Numbered from the stretch's first letter, positions 30,536 to 40,734 are shown. The stretch is 64,000 nt of DNA from an uncultured Spirochaetota bacterium (GCA_963827275.1 CAWHAA010000010.1:160001-224000), one strand, 5' to 3'. The notes: a model not told the origin generated them from the letters alone. Made by a program: numbers and translations.

Positions 30536-31990
30536 TCAGTCGTAGCCGACCTTGACTCCCAGCATGACCTCAAATATCATGCTCCGGGAAGCGTGGTTGT
30601 CCAGATCCCGCAGAAAGGGGCTGTACAGGTATGTCGGGAAAACGTTACGATAGGTGTTGCTCATGCCGTCAAGGGCGTTGTATGCCCGCTGCGGCAGGAA
30701 GCCCCCTGCGGTGCAGAAGATCGAAAGAATGTTGCGGAAGCTGAACTCTGCCAGGAGGTTGATCTCGTCTCCGAACCAGGTCGTGCCACGGCCCCTCCAG
30801 TAGAGCGTTTTGGTGGTGCCGAAATGGAGCAGCTTGAGCTGTATGATGAGGGCGTCCAGCAGAGCGTATTTGATCTTCAGCCCGCACCCGTACAGGCCAT
30901 ACCACTGTGACTCGCCGCTTCCCCTGAGCGCCAGGCCGCCGGTTGAATCGACCGCGATGAGCGAAAAATCATGGGATCCCTTGATGTCCTGGAAGGAGAT
31001 GCCCGCGTTCCGGTCGTCGGGATCCCCGGTCGCTCCTTCGGCGATCACGGAAACCACGATATCACGGTTGTCATAGCCCGTTTCGAACTCCAGGAGGCCC
31101 GCCGTTACCAGCGTCCGCCTGAAAGTATACAGACGCGTGCGGGTTCGCAGGATACCTGCATTGAAGATCCCCCCCAGGCGGACGAACCAGTTTCCGGTGA
31201 CGGCCCGGACGTGCAGGCCGATCCAGTGCAGGGAGCACTTCCGCCCGTCGCCCGACGGATCGTCAAGGATATCGATCATGTCGAATTCGAATGAGCGGGT
31301 GAAGGGATTGTACCGGACCTTCAGCGCATCGAGATTGAAATGGGAGGCCGCGTACATGTCATTCTGGTATGCGTAATAGGCCTCGCCGGTCACAATCGAG
31401 CCGATGGCGAACCGCGATCCGAGATAGAAGATATTGTCCCACTGGTAGCGGGGCGCATCAGACCCCTGCCCCAGGGTGTCGTTCGCGTTATCGAACGCAC
31501 GGATGTACGCGGCATAGACGCTCGCCCCGCTGCCTGAAAAATAATGGGAATACTGAATCCCTGTCGCATCGCGCGCAAGGATATATCCGCCGGGAAGGCT
31601 GAACGGCTCCAGGCCGATCATCAGCTCCGATCCCTCGAACGGCCTGAATACCGCGTACACGTCGCGCGGGATGAAGCTCGCGGAGCCTGTATCGATCGAG
31701 GCGGCCCCCTTGCCGAAAAAGGAATCGATGTCGAAGACCGTGCGCACTTCGATCTCCGGAATGACCGACAGGTTGATGCGATTCCGCAAATTGAGATCGA
31801 TATAGTTTATGGTGCGGTACGTGGGCAGTGACGGCAGCTTGTCAGGCACGTGCGTCCTTCCCGCGATGTTCCACACGCGCAGGCGGAGATAGCCCGACAG
31901 GTCGATCCTGTCCAGGTATGAGCCCAGCGGCGATCCGGCAAGTCCCGCCGGCGCCGCCACGATCATCAGGATGAGGAGAAAGCGCTTCAT
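30536..31990 (-). CDS. Putative outer-membrane beta-barrel (alginate-export-like) protein
   Basis: Signal peptide, amphipathic strands, GDEINLLAEFSF and a C-terminal GVKVGYD. Confidence 0.6.
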   Translation of the reverse strand: MKRFLLILMIVAAPAGLAGSPLGSYLDRIDLSGYLRLRVWNIAGRTHVPDKLPSLPTYRTINYIDLNLRNRINLSVIPEIEVRTVFDIDSFFGKGAASIDTGSASFIPRDVYAVFRPFEGSELMIGLEPFSLPGGYILARDATGIQYSHYFSGSGASVYAAYIRAFDNANDTLGQGSDAPRYQWDNIFYLGSRFAIGSIVTGEAYYAYQNDMYAASHFNLDALKVRYNPFTRSFEFDMIDILDDPSGDGRKCSLHWIGLHVRAVTGNWFVRLGGIFNAGILRTRTRLYTFRRTLVTAGLLEFETGYDNRDIVVSVIAEGATGDPDDRNAGISFQDIKGSHDFSLIAVDSTGGLALRGSGESQWYGLYGCGLKIKYALLDALIIQLKLLHFGTTKTLYWRGRGTTWFGDEINLLAEFSFRNILSIFCTAGGFLPQRAYNALDGMSNTYRNVFPTYLYSPFLRDLDNHASRSMIFEVMLGVKVGYD

Positions 31991-32001
31991 GGAAAACGAC
32001 C

Positions 32002-32838
32002 CTATTGCTTTTTCGAATGCTCTTCGAGCCACTTTTCAATATGGCCGAGCCTGACGGTTTCACGTATGAACACGTCAACCTGGTTTTTCAGCACCGCGTC
32101 GCCGAACGGCAGACCGACGCATATGCTCTCGATGCGGCTCCCACCGGAGAGAAGGAGAAACGCGTTCCTGAGACGGGCGCTGCTCGCGAAGTAATAGTCG
32201 AGAAAGAGCGAATCGTGCACGAAGCCGTCAACATCGCGTCTGTTCAACAGGGCGACGCCCTCCTCGTTCGTTGCGACGACCGTGCGCGGCATGTCGGGAA
32301 ATTCAGTCAGGAGCAGATGCTCGTAGGCGCTCCCCTTTTTCACTGCGAATCGGAACCCCGGGACCCGCTTCAGGTCCCAGATGGTCGCTATCGGCTTCTG
32401 CTCGAATCGATCGCCAAAACTTGTTTTCGGCAGCGAGCGTATGTCGGCAAGCACACCAGGCGTTACGGCAAGATACGGCTCGGAGAACCATACCGTGCGC
32501 GCACGGTTGAGATTGCGCGAAAACCCGCCGATAACCACGTCAACGCGCCGCTTCCCGAGTGCCTCGGCATATTCGCTTATCTCGAGCGGCACCAGCTCAA
32601 ACCGCACGCCCATGAACTCTGCGAGCCCGCGCGCCAGCTCAATTTCCACGCCCCGCTCTCCCGCGTTGAAATTCAGCGGCGGGTAGTCTTTTGAGATGCC
32701 GATGCGGATCATCTTCTTCTCCATGATCGAGCGATATGCGTCATCATGGCGGGAACCGGAAGCCCATCCTGCGCCCCCCGCGAGCGTCATCAACAGAATG
32801 AGCAGGGGACATATGATGGCGTGTGCGAGTGCTTTCAT
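32002..32838 (-). CDS. Amino-acid-type substrate-binding protein (SBP family 3)
   Basis: IRIGISKDYPPLNF, GVEIELAR, FSEPY and AVKKGSAY motifs. Confidence 0.85.
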   Translation of the reverse strand: MKALAHAIICPLLILLMTLAGGAGWASGSRHDDAYRSIMEKKMIRIGISKDYPPLNFNAGERGVEIELARGLAEFMGVRFELVPLEISEYAEALGKRRVDVVIGGFSRNLNRARTVWFSEPYLAVTPGVLADIRSLPKTSFGDRFEQKPIATIWDLKRVPGFRFAVKKGSAYEHLLLTEFPDMPRTVVATNEEGVALLNRRDVDGFVHDSLFLDYYFASSARLRNAFLLLSGGSRIESICVGLPFGDAVLKNQVDVFIRETVRLGHIEKWLEEHSKKQ

Positions 32839-32888
32839 GCGCGTTGCTCCTTGGACAGGACCTGACATACGGATGCTCAATGTGGCCG

Positions 32889-33974
32889 TCAATTTTTTTC
32901 GATAAAAATGGTGCGTGTCGGATAGGCAAAACCTATCTTCATTTCGCTGAATTTTCGGAATATCTCAAGATTGATCTCGTGCTGCCTGTCCATATAGTAG
33001 TTAAAATCCGGCATCATAATATAATACACGATCTCGAAGATCAGTCCCGAATCGCCGTATTCCTTGAAATGCGTCCGATCAAACTGGACGCCGCTGGTCG
33101 AATCTATTATCTTCCTGACGATGTGCGGTATGGCTTCGATCTGCTCGGGTGTCGTCTGATAGACGACGCCGATATTCTGCACCACCCGCCGCTTTTCCAT
33201 TCTCTTGTAATTATGGATCCTGCCGTTGGTCAGGCTGGCATTCGAAATGACGATCTGCTCTCCGCTCAGGCTCTGGATCCTGGTCGTCTTGATTCCGATT
33301 TTTTCAACGGTCCCCATCTTGTCGTCTATGATGATAAAATCGCCGATTTTAAACGGCTCATCGAAAAATATCACGAAATAACTGAAAAGATCGTGGAGGA
33401 CCGTCTGGGAAGCCAGGGCGATTGCAACGCCTCCGATGCCGAGACCGGTGACGATGGCCGAGATGTTGAATCCGATGTTATCGATTATGAATATGAAGCC
33501 GACGGACCAGACAATGATATTGATAAAGGTGGATATGCCGGAGATGCTCTTTTCTACTCTTGCGGCATCTCTCTCCTTGTCCCGTCTCAGCAGGTATGCC
33601 TTCAGCGAATCCTTTATGATGAAGGACACCAGCCGCAACGCAAAAATCGACACGATTATGACAAATGCGATGTAGAGGTTTTTTCCATGCCGCGCCGGCA
33701 CGGTCAGGATAGTTGTCAGCACCAGATATGCAAGGACGGTGTATGCCAGCGGAAAAGAGTATCTCCGCATACGGTGCATCCTGAGAGAGAATGTAGGCTT
33801 TTCACCCTCAGCGGCGCGAGACGAGCGTTTTTCAAAAAGACGCTTCACCACTGACACCGCGGCAAGCGCGACGAGCAGCACGCCGGCAGCGAGGGCGATC
33901 TGCAGCAAAGAATTGCCGAATATTTTGTAGGCGACTATGGTCCGAGTAAATTCTTCCATGGTTTTTCCCGTCAT
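32889..33974 (-). CDS. MscS-family mechanosensitive channel
   Basis: GLGIGGVAIALASQ, PFKIGDFI, IGIKTTRI and FAYPTRT motifs. Confidence 0.93.
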   Translation of the reverse strand: MTGKTMEEFTRTIVAYKIFGNSLLQIALAAGVLLVALAAVSVVKRLFEKRSSRAAEGEKPTFSLRMHRMRRYSFPLAYTVLAYLVLTTILTVPARHGKNLYIAFVIIVSIFALRLVSFIIKDSLKAYLLRRDKERDAARVEKSISGISTFINIIVWSVGFIFIIDNIGFNISAIVTGLGIGGVAIALASQTVLHDLFSYFVIFFDEPFKIGDFIIIDDKMGTVEKIGIKTTRIQSLSGEQIVISNASLTNGRIHNYKRMEKRRVVQNIGVVYQTTPEQIEAIPHIVRKIIDSTSGVQFDRTHFKEYGDSGLIFEIVYYIMMPDFNYYMDRQHEINLEIFRKFSEMKIGFAYPTRTIFIEKN

Positions 33975-34094
33975 GACACGTTCAGTGAATCCCCTTTTCC
34001 ATGAATGTCAACATAATTTCCGCGAAGCTGTCCGGGACCCGTGCGCCCGGCATGAGAGGGGCGCCCTCCTGCGATCATCACTTCAATGCCTGCT

Positions 34095-35879
34095 TTAAAA
34101 ATAGTACCATATACTTTGATAGTCTGAAACATCCTCTCCATATTTTTCAAGCCTTGAAAGATAATCAAGCAAAGGAATATCCTCGCCCACGTATGTCCTC
34201 TGATCGGCAATCTTCTTCTCCCATGGATGGAATTCATAGACACGAGCGCCGTTCCTCCTGATTGATATAAGGTCCCTGTTCTGCCAGGCATTCAGGTTGT
34301 TTTTACCGAGTCCGGGCACATTATAGACCGGTTCATCGGTACGGGAAAGTCCGGGCATAAGGCGCGACTCCTCCTTCTGCTCCTGAAGCATTCGCGCTAT
34401 GGGCACGCGGTAATCGGCGGTCTCAAGTTTGCCTTTAGGATAAAACGAGTAATATGGATCAACACCGCACAACCGTATGAGGCTTCGCAGCCTTGCTGCT
34501 TCGAACTTCCTTGATATAAAAAATGTGAATACGAGCTGGTTGTACACCGAAATACCACGGCTTTTCAGTTTTTCCACCGCTGCGCAAAGATCGGGAGTAA
34601 GCTCCAGCGGGTGCTGTATGTGCGTCATAAGGGCAATCTCCCTTCTGCCGGGCTGTCTGAATGAAGCAAGCATATCGCATAAACTGTCAGTAAACCTCAT
34701 TGGAAGGGTGACAGGCGTTCGTGTCCCGATCCGGATTCTTTCAACATGGGGAATGTCCGCAAGTTCGGCAAGCATTTCCCGCAGCCTTGAATCCGACAGG
34801 ACTAGGGGGTCGCCACCTGTTATCAGCACCTCTGTTATGGCCTCGTGTTCCCTTATCCAGTTTATCGCCGCGGACACCTGCTCATCGCCCGCCATTGAGC
34901 CCTCCTCGAGCGGACCCTTAATCTCCCAGTTTCGCTGGCAGTAAACGCATATCTGCGGGCAGGAATTATACGGTTTGAGTATCACAATCCCCGGGTAGCG
35001 TCTTGTGACAAGATCCTCGGGGGAGGTGTCCCCTTCGAGCATGAAGTCCTCGGCATACCCTTCCCTGCTGCCTGCACATGAATCAATATAGCTTCCCGGA
35101 AACAGCACCTGGGCGCGGACAGAAATGTCTTCACCACTGTCCGGCGACTGGAAAAGTGACGCATAATAGGGGGTAACGCCGAAAGGGATGCCCGCAGCGC
35201 AGGTCCTCTCAATATTTTCCTGTTCAACAGTGCTGAGATCCGTGTACCCGGAAAGGGTACTGCTGTCACGCGCGATGTTGCGGAGGTGCCAGTGCCAATC
35301 ATTCCAGTCAGGGCCGCTCCCCCCGGCAGCGTTCAGTATCCTCCTGACCCTTTCACCACGCCTGCTCTCTACTTCAGGTTCAAGGCCCGACCTGTAAAGG
35401 ATCATCCGATCGGCCAGGTGTTTATGCATCAGGTCAAGCTCCGACGAACGGACGATCGCCGCGTCACGCCCCTTCAGTCCGGCAGTATCGGAAAATGAAA
35501 ATAATGCCTTTTCATGAAACCTGAATTTACCTTCGATCCCCCGGACAAGGTGGTACAGTTCGGCCCAGAAACCTTCGGATAGTGACCTGTCAGGCTTTCC
35601 CTTCACGGCATTGATCAGCTGTTCAAGCACACTGAAGCCCGCGAGCCTTTCGCTGCGGTGATGGAGCAGCCCGCGCCATACCCTTGCACAGTCGCGTATG
35701 ACGACAAGGTCCAGATCGTGAATATCGTTATCCCTGTCCGAATAGGAATAAAAATGCCTGTGGTTGATATGATGCAGCAGTTCTTTCCTGATTGATTCAA
35801 TCCCGGTATCAGCACCGAGCAATCTGTTCCATTCATCTGAAATAGTCTTGAACAGTTCAGGGGTGTATTGCTTTTTCAT
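34095..35879 (-). CDS. KamA-family radical SAM protein (lysine 2,3-aminomutase-like, long form)
   Basis: TPYYASL, VTRRYP, CPQICVYCQR, LITGGDPL and RIGTRTPV motifs; GGAGG RBS. Confidence 0.9.
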   Translation of the reverse strand: MKKQYTPELFKTISDEWNRLLGADTGIESIRKELLHHINHRHFYSYSDRDNDIHDLDLVVIRDCARVWRGLLHHRSERLAGFSVLEQLINAVKGKPDRSLSEGFWAELYHLVRGIEGKFRFHEKALFSFSDTAGLKGRDAAIVRSSELDLMHKHLADRMILYRSGLEPEVESRRGERVRRILNAAGGSGPDWNDWHWHLRNIARDSSTLSGYTDLSTVEQENIERTCAAGIPFGVTPYYASLFQSPDSGEDISVRAQVLFPGSYIDSCAGSREGYAEDFMLEGDTSPEDLVTRRYPGIVILKPYNSCPQICVYCQRNWEIKGPLEEGSMAGDEQVSAAINWIREHEAITEVLITGGDPLVLSDSRLREMLAELADIPHVERIRIGTRTPVTLPMRFTDSLCDMLASFRQPGRREIALMTHIQHPLELTPDLCAAVEKLKSRGISVYNQLVFTFFISRKFEAARLRSLIRLCGVDPYYSFYPKGKLETADYRVPIARMLQEQKEESRLMPGLSRTDEPVYNVPGLGKNNLNAWQNRDLISIRRNGARVYEFHPWEKKIADQRTYVGEDIPLLDYLSRLEKYGEDVSDYQSIWYYF

Positions 35880-36217
35880 GTAACCTCCCGGGAAAACAGC
35901 GACCCGCTCCCGGTATAACCGGGGATCGAACAAATACAGATATTGATTGGCTGCACAGGTACTTCAAAATGCGTGGCGACAATGCTTATATACTATCAGG
36001 TTCCCGGATCGGATTTATGTTACAACCTGCCGTCACATACATGCTGCGGTATTATTTCACGTGTCATTCTGCCGCCTTGCCGGCTAACCGGAATGATCCG
36101 CATAATACTATAACGCCCGTTATACCCACTGATAGAAACCGCTTCGAAGAAAAATCCATGATCAGTGAAAACACCGCGGTTATGTAAAAAAAGCCGATTT
36201 ATTCATTTCCCGGGAGC

Positions 36218-36426
36218 CTGCCCCCTTACGGGTACCAGCCACAGGGACACAATGCGTAGTATCTGTTGTACCTGTCCCGGAGCACGCAAGGCCCCTTCCG
36301 GCAGAAAAGCGCCGGACAGTAGCTTCAAATTTTTACCCCGAGCCTGTCGAAGGGTTGCTCGCGTCGTGAAAATTAAGAAAAATTCATGAAAGCCGACAAG
36401 AATGGCTCCACGGTGATTATTACATC
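36218..36426 (+). repeat. Dispersed repeat family, long copy 5
   Basis: 36218-36332 aligns with 26594-26704; 36290-36426 aligns with the reverse complement of 7345-7481, including GAGCCTGTCGAAGGG. Confidence 0.8.
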
Positions 36427-36704
36427 AGAGGACAGCATTTTTTCAAGACAATTTTCTACTAACCTCTGAAGAGGGACCTCGGGTAAAGAGGAATCTGGGG
36501 GGGGTTCGCGTGGGCCCACTTCGAAGGACAGGTGGGATCATTTAAACGCGACATAATGCATTTAATTCTAATTATTACGAATAAAATGCTTGAAAAAAAA
36601 CAGCATAAAAACGATAGTGTCAACCCAGATTATGTGATGTGACGGGCCATATACTATGCCTGTCCGGAACACGAAACAACCGTTATTGCAGAAAGGAAAC
36701 AGCC

Positions 36705-36893
36705 ATGGCTAAATGTGAAGTTTGCGGCAAGTCGATCCAGATAGGGAACAACGTCAGCCACTCGAACAAGAAAAGCAAAAAGATCTGGAAGTCAAATATC
36801 AAGAAAATCCGTGTGCTGGAAAACAGCAAGTCGGTAAGAAAATACGTCTGCACCCGGTGCATCCGTTCGGGAAAAGTCCTGAAAGCGGTATAA
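36705..36893 (+). CDS. rpmB: 50S ribosomal protein L28
   Basis: MAKCEVCGK...GNNVSHSN...W..NI...VCTRCIRSGKV. Confidence 0.95.
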   Translation: MAKCEVCGKSIQIGNNVSHSNKKSKKIWKSNIKKIRVLENSKSVRKYVCTRCIRSGKVLKAV

Positions 36894-37853
36894 CTATTTT
36901 CTGCGCGGACGTTCCGCCCGGGGCGTCCGCACATCACGGTCACCTTCTTTGTTCCCCAGTTCAATCAGCAATTCGAGGATAAGAGCGGCAGGCGCGGAGA
37001 GCGGCCTGCTTTCAGAGCGTACGAAATAAAAATATCTCTGGACCAAAAGCCCTTCGACTTCGATTATTTTGAGCGTCTTCAAGCGGACTTCGCGCGCGAC
37101 CGACAGCCGCGACATGAACGATACGCCCAGTCCTGCGGCAACCGCCTCCTTGATCCCTTCCATTGACGTGCATTCCATCACCGGCTGGAGCACCGACGGC
37201 GTAATGCCGTGGCGGGACAGCGCGTCCTCGCAGGTTTTCCTCGTACCGGAGCCGGCTTCCCGTATGATAAAGGGCAGGCCGGCAAGCTCCCCCACGGCGA
37301 CCCGGTCAGGGTACCGGCCCGGCCCCACCAGCACGATCTCGTCACGGCAGACCGGCGTGTACACGAGGAGCGGGTTCTTGTATTCCTTTCCCACTATGCC
37401 GATGTCCGCCCGGCCTTCCTTCACCATCTCCACCGCTTCCCGGCTGTCGGTCACCTCCAGACGGCAGGTCATTCCAGGGGCTCTTTTGCCGGCTGACGCG
37501 AGGATGCCCGGCAGTATGTAGGCGGCCGGTACCGTGCTTGCCGCGATCCTGGTCATACCGGCTGCCGCGCCACGCCCGAGGTCGGCAGACAGCGTCTCGA
37601 CGCCCTTCATCAGACGTTCGCAGAAGGCATGGAATATCTTCCCCTCGCCGGTCACGGAAACGTCGCGCGCGGTGCGGTTGATCAGCTTCACCCCCAGGGC
37701 CTTTTCAAGCAGGCCGATGTGATGGCTGATCGTCGCCTGTCCCACCTTCAGCCTGCGGGACGCCCGCGTGAAGCTGTTCTCGTTCAGCACCTCGAGAAAG
37801 GACCGCACCTGCTTCAGGTCAAAATTGAGCTCCCTGTTTTTCTTCATGTTCAT
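36894..37853 (-). CDS. LysR-family regulator (resembles the CysL/selenium-metabolism-associated subgroup)
   Basis: SFTRAS...QATISHHI HTH; ASTVPAAYILP, DSREAV and REAGSGTR motifs. Confidence 0.85.
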   Translation of the reverse strand: MNMKKNRELNFDLKQVRSFLEVLNENSFTRASRRLKVGQATISHHIGLLEKALGVKLINRTARDVSVTGEGKIFHAFCERLMKGVETLSADLGRGAAAGMTRIAASTVPAAYILPGILASAGKRAPGMTCRLEVTDSREAVEMVKEGRADIGIVGKEYKNPLLVYTPVCRDEIVLVGPGRYPDRVAVGELAGLPFIIREAGSGTRKTCEDALSRHGITPSVLQPVMECTSMEGIKEAVAAGLGVSFMSRLSVAREVRLKTLKIIEVEGLLVQRYFYFVRSESRPLSAPAALILELLIELGNKEGDRDVRTPRAERPRRK

Positions 37854-37905
37854 GCCTCGTTGCCCGGATCAGAGACCGGCATGCGGCCTCCACTCCCCGG
37901 TATAT

Positions 37906-38235
37906 TCATTCGTCCGCGTCTTCGGTGAGCCGCTCCTGTATCCCCGACAGGAGCCCGAGATATTTTTCCCTGGCGGCGAGATAGCCCATGATGACCTCGT
38001 TCGCGGAGACCATGTCAGTGAGGCTTTTCAGCTGCTCGAGCTCGTACTGTTCGATGCTATCGCCCTTCCCCTGGCGATCCTGCAGCTCCGCGGAAATGGT
38101 TGCGTAATCATCAAGGAGCCGCGACGAATCGCTGTCAGCGGCAAGCGCCTCTGACAATTTCACAAAATCCGTGTAGATCGATGTTTCCCGTATGAGACGG
38201 CCCAGTTCCGCCGCCTGCGCCAATATTTTTTCCAT
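37906..38235 (-). CDS. YlbF/YmcA (Com_YlbF)-like regulator
   Basis: MEKILAQAAELGRLIRETSIY..., 109-aa helical pattern. The longer 306-aa ORF call is antisense run-through. Confidence 0.7.
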   Translation of the reverse strand: MEKILAQAAELGRLIRETSIYTDFVKLSEALAADSDSSRLLDDYATISAELQDRQGKGDSIEQYELEQLKSLTDMVSANEVIMGYLAAREKYLGLLSGIQERLTEDADE

Positions 38236-38445
38236 GATGGTCTCCGGTAAAATAGGTATGGGGCACCGCCCGTTTTTAATCAAGAATATTTTACCAGGCG
38301 CGGGCATCCTGGCGCCGGCCCGGGGCCATCTGGCGACAGGAGCGGGCGGTGTTTTGATTGACATTTTAAGCGCGGTATTATAACCTTCCTGGCAGGAACA
38401 GGACGGCAGCGGCCGTTTCCAAACTATCCCGGAGAGCGACATCAC

Positions 38446-38802
38446 ATGGCTGAACTGAAAGAAATAGTTGAAGACGAAAATAAAATCGACACCGTCATCG
38501 CGGAAGACATCGTGTTCAAGGGGAGCCTGAAATTCAAGAATTCCCTGAAGATAAAAGGCTCCTTTGAAGGCAGGATCGAGACGGACGGACAGCTGATCGT
38601 CGGGCGGGAGGCGAAAGTGAGCGCCGACGTCAGGGCGAGCGAGGTCAACAACAGCGGCGTCTTCAACGGCAAGATCAAGGCGACAAAGAAAATCGAGCTT
38701 TTCAAGAAGAGCAAGACATACGGAGACATCATATCCCCGGACCTGAATATTGAATCCGGCTCGATATTCAACGGGACCTGCATCATGGAGGAAAAAAATT
38801 AA
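38446..38802 (+). CDS. Bactofilin (polymer-forming cytoskeletal protein)
   Basis: TVIAEDIVFKGSL...IKGSFEGRI...GDI...IESGSIFNGTC repeats. Confidence 0.9.
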   Translation: MAELKEIVEDENKIDTVIAEDIVFKGSLKFKNSLKIKGSFEGRIETDGQLIVGREAKVSADVRASEVNNSGVFNGKIKATKKIELFKKSKTYGDIISPDLNIESGSIFNGTCIMEEKN

Positions 38803-38817
38803 CCGCCCGGTGCTATC

Positions 38818-39552
38818 ATGAAGCATCTGACCGTCATCCTGTTATCCGCGGCGCTGTTCGCCTGCATGGCCTCAGCGGCGCGCGCCGCTGAAAAAACAGA
38901 GAGCGCGCCGAACGCCTCTTTCGGTATCGCCGGGTCCTTCGGCGAATACAACGCGTGGGAGCGGAAAAATGGCGAATCCCACATGCGATACGAATTCGCC
39001 CCTGCATACGGCGGCGGGCTTGTCTTTGAAAAAATGTTCAACAATCTCCTCGGTATCCACTCCGGGCTCTGGTTCAACCGCTTCAGCATAGACATGACCA
39101 TGAAGCAGTCGTGGAAGTGGTATTCATTTGACTTGATGAGCCTCATGCCGATCAAGATGATGTCAACCGGCTGGTCCATCAGCGTGCCGCTCTCCCTTAT
39201 CGTCTCCCTCAACGCTTCCATCTTTTCTTTCAACATACTGGCGGGAATCAAGTACACGCAGATCGTTGACACGGACACCAGGATCGACAATATTTTCATG
39301 TCATACAAAAAGCATTTCGACATGCTCCCCTACATGAACCAGCCGCAATTCGCGTTCACACTCGGCGTCACATTCAAGTTCAGGGTCGCGCGGTTCGTCG
39401 ACATCTTTGTGGGCGGCATCGGCGAGCTCTATGCGACTGAATTCATACAGTCCGATGACAGCATAACGCATCTCTTCAGCCTGACCGCGATTGCGGGCGT
39501 CATGTTCAGGACCAATGTGTTCCCCATCCCGGCCGCCGCACCCCCGCAATGA
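38818..39552 (+). CDS. Putative outer-membrane beta-barrel protein
   Basis: Signal peptide and alternating hydrophobic strands. Confidence 0.6.
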   Translation: MKHLTVILLSAALFACMASAARAAEKTESAPNASFGIAGSFGEYNAWERKNGESHMRYEFAPAYGGGLVFEKMFNNLLGIHSGLWFNRFSIDMTMKQSWKWYSFDLMSLMPIKMMSTGWSISVPLSLIVSLNASIFSFNILAGIKYTQIVDTDTRIDNIFMSYKKHFDMLPYMNQPQFAFTLGVTFKFRVARFVDIFVGGIGELYATEFIQSDDSITHLFSLTAIAGVMFRTNVFPIPAAAPPQ

Positions 39553-39711
39553 CACATCCGCTCATTTGTCTTCATGTGACTCCTTGTCCATGATCCGCAT
39601 CATGGACCGGCCGGCGGGTTCAATCAAGGCGTTTATATCGTGCGGAAAATCAAGCCACCCATGGCAGTTCCCTTCTTCTGCGCCCCATCAACCCGGGAAG
39701 CCGGACCGGGA

Positions 39712-39748
39712 CAAAAAAAGGGACCGCCCTTGCGGGACAGCCCCTTTC
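39712..39748 (-). terminator. Intrinsic terminator after etfA
   Basis: Minus strand AAAGGGGCTGTCCCGCAAGGGCGGTCCCTTTTTTT. Confidence 0.65.
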
Positions 39749-39770
39749 CAGAATTCAGTTGCGATCGATC

Positions 39771-40721
39771 TTACAGCTTCTCTTTCATTGCCGGGATGAC
39801 CTCGAACAGGTCGCCCACAATACCATACATCGCAATGTTGAATATGGGGGCTTCCGGGTCCTTGTTGATGGCGACGATGCATTTCGATCCCTTCATACCG
39901 GCCACGTGCTGGATGGCGCCGGATATGCCGCATGCGAGATACAGGTCGGGAGCGACGGTCTTTCCTGATTGGCCGACCTGCCGCGCAGGATCGGTCCAGC
40001 CGGAGTCGACGACCGGCCGTGAGGCCGCGTACTCGCCGCCCAGCTTCTGCGCGAGGCTGACGATGACGTCTTTGTACTTGTCGGCGTCCTTGCATCCGCG
40101 TCCGCCGGACACGATGATCTTGGCCTGGGAAATGTCAACAGCGCCCGCCATGGTCTCGACGATGCCTTTCGACTTGGTGCGAACATTCGCGATATTCGCC
40201 GAAACGGCGGTCACAGTGCCTGCCCCGCCGGCAGCTTCCATGTCGAACGCGCCTTTCTCAAACGTGGCGACAAACTTGTCGGTATTGACCTTTTTCAATT
40301 CCTGGATCTTTCCGTTGTAGGTGTTCCGGGTGAACACAACGCTTCCGCCCTCAACGGCGGCCTTGTTGCAGTTTGACACGATGCCGGCGCCGATCGCCAT
40401 GGCGACCTTGGCCGCGTAGTCAACGCCGTCGTACGAATGGGGGATGAGAACGCCCTTGACGTCCTGGGTGTCCACCACCGCCTTGATGGCCTGGGTGTAA
40501 CCGTCAGCGGTGTAGCCTTCGAGGGCCGCGTTCGTCACTGACAGTACGAGGGGAATGTATTTTGCTATTTCTTTCGCCAGCGTGTCGTCTTTGCTCATTA
40601 TCGCCACTGCCGGCTCGCATCCGAGCGCCCCGGCCAGGCTTTTCGCCGCTTTGCAGAGCTCGAGGCTGGCATCGGTTAATTTACCGTTTCTGTGTTCAGC
40701 TATTGCTACTATCTTTGCCAT
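39771..40721 (-). CDS. etfA: Electron transfer flavoprotein alpha subunit
   Basis: SGGRG, ASRPVVD, QVGQSGKTVAP, GISGAIQH and AINKD motifs. Confidence 0.96.
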   Translation of the reverse strand: MAKIVAIAEHRNGKLTDASLELCKAAKSLAGALGCEPAVAIMSKDDTLAKEIAKYIPLVLSVTNAALEGYTADGYTQAIKAVVDTQDVKGVLIPHSYDGVDYAAKVAMAIGAGIVSNCNKAAVEGGSVVFTRNTYNGKIQELKKVNTDKFVATFEKGAFDMEAAGGAGTVTAVSANIANVRTKSKGIVETMAGAVDISQAKIIVSGGRGCKDADKYKDVIVSLAQKLGGEYAASRPVVDSGWTDPARQVGQSGKTVAPDLYLACGISGAIQHVAGMKGSKCIVAINKDPEAPIFNIAMYGIVGDLFEVIPAMKEKL

Positions 40722-40734
40722 TGTCGCATCCTCC

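Noticed and set aside
7345..36426. Dispersed repeats as integron attC sites or a CRISPR array
   Set aside because: No RYYYAAC/GTTRRRY ends, mixed orientations, irregular kb-scale spacing, and no integrase or cas genes.
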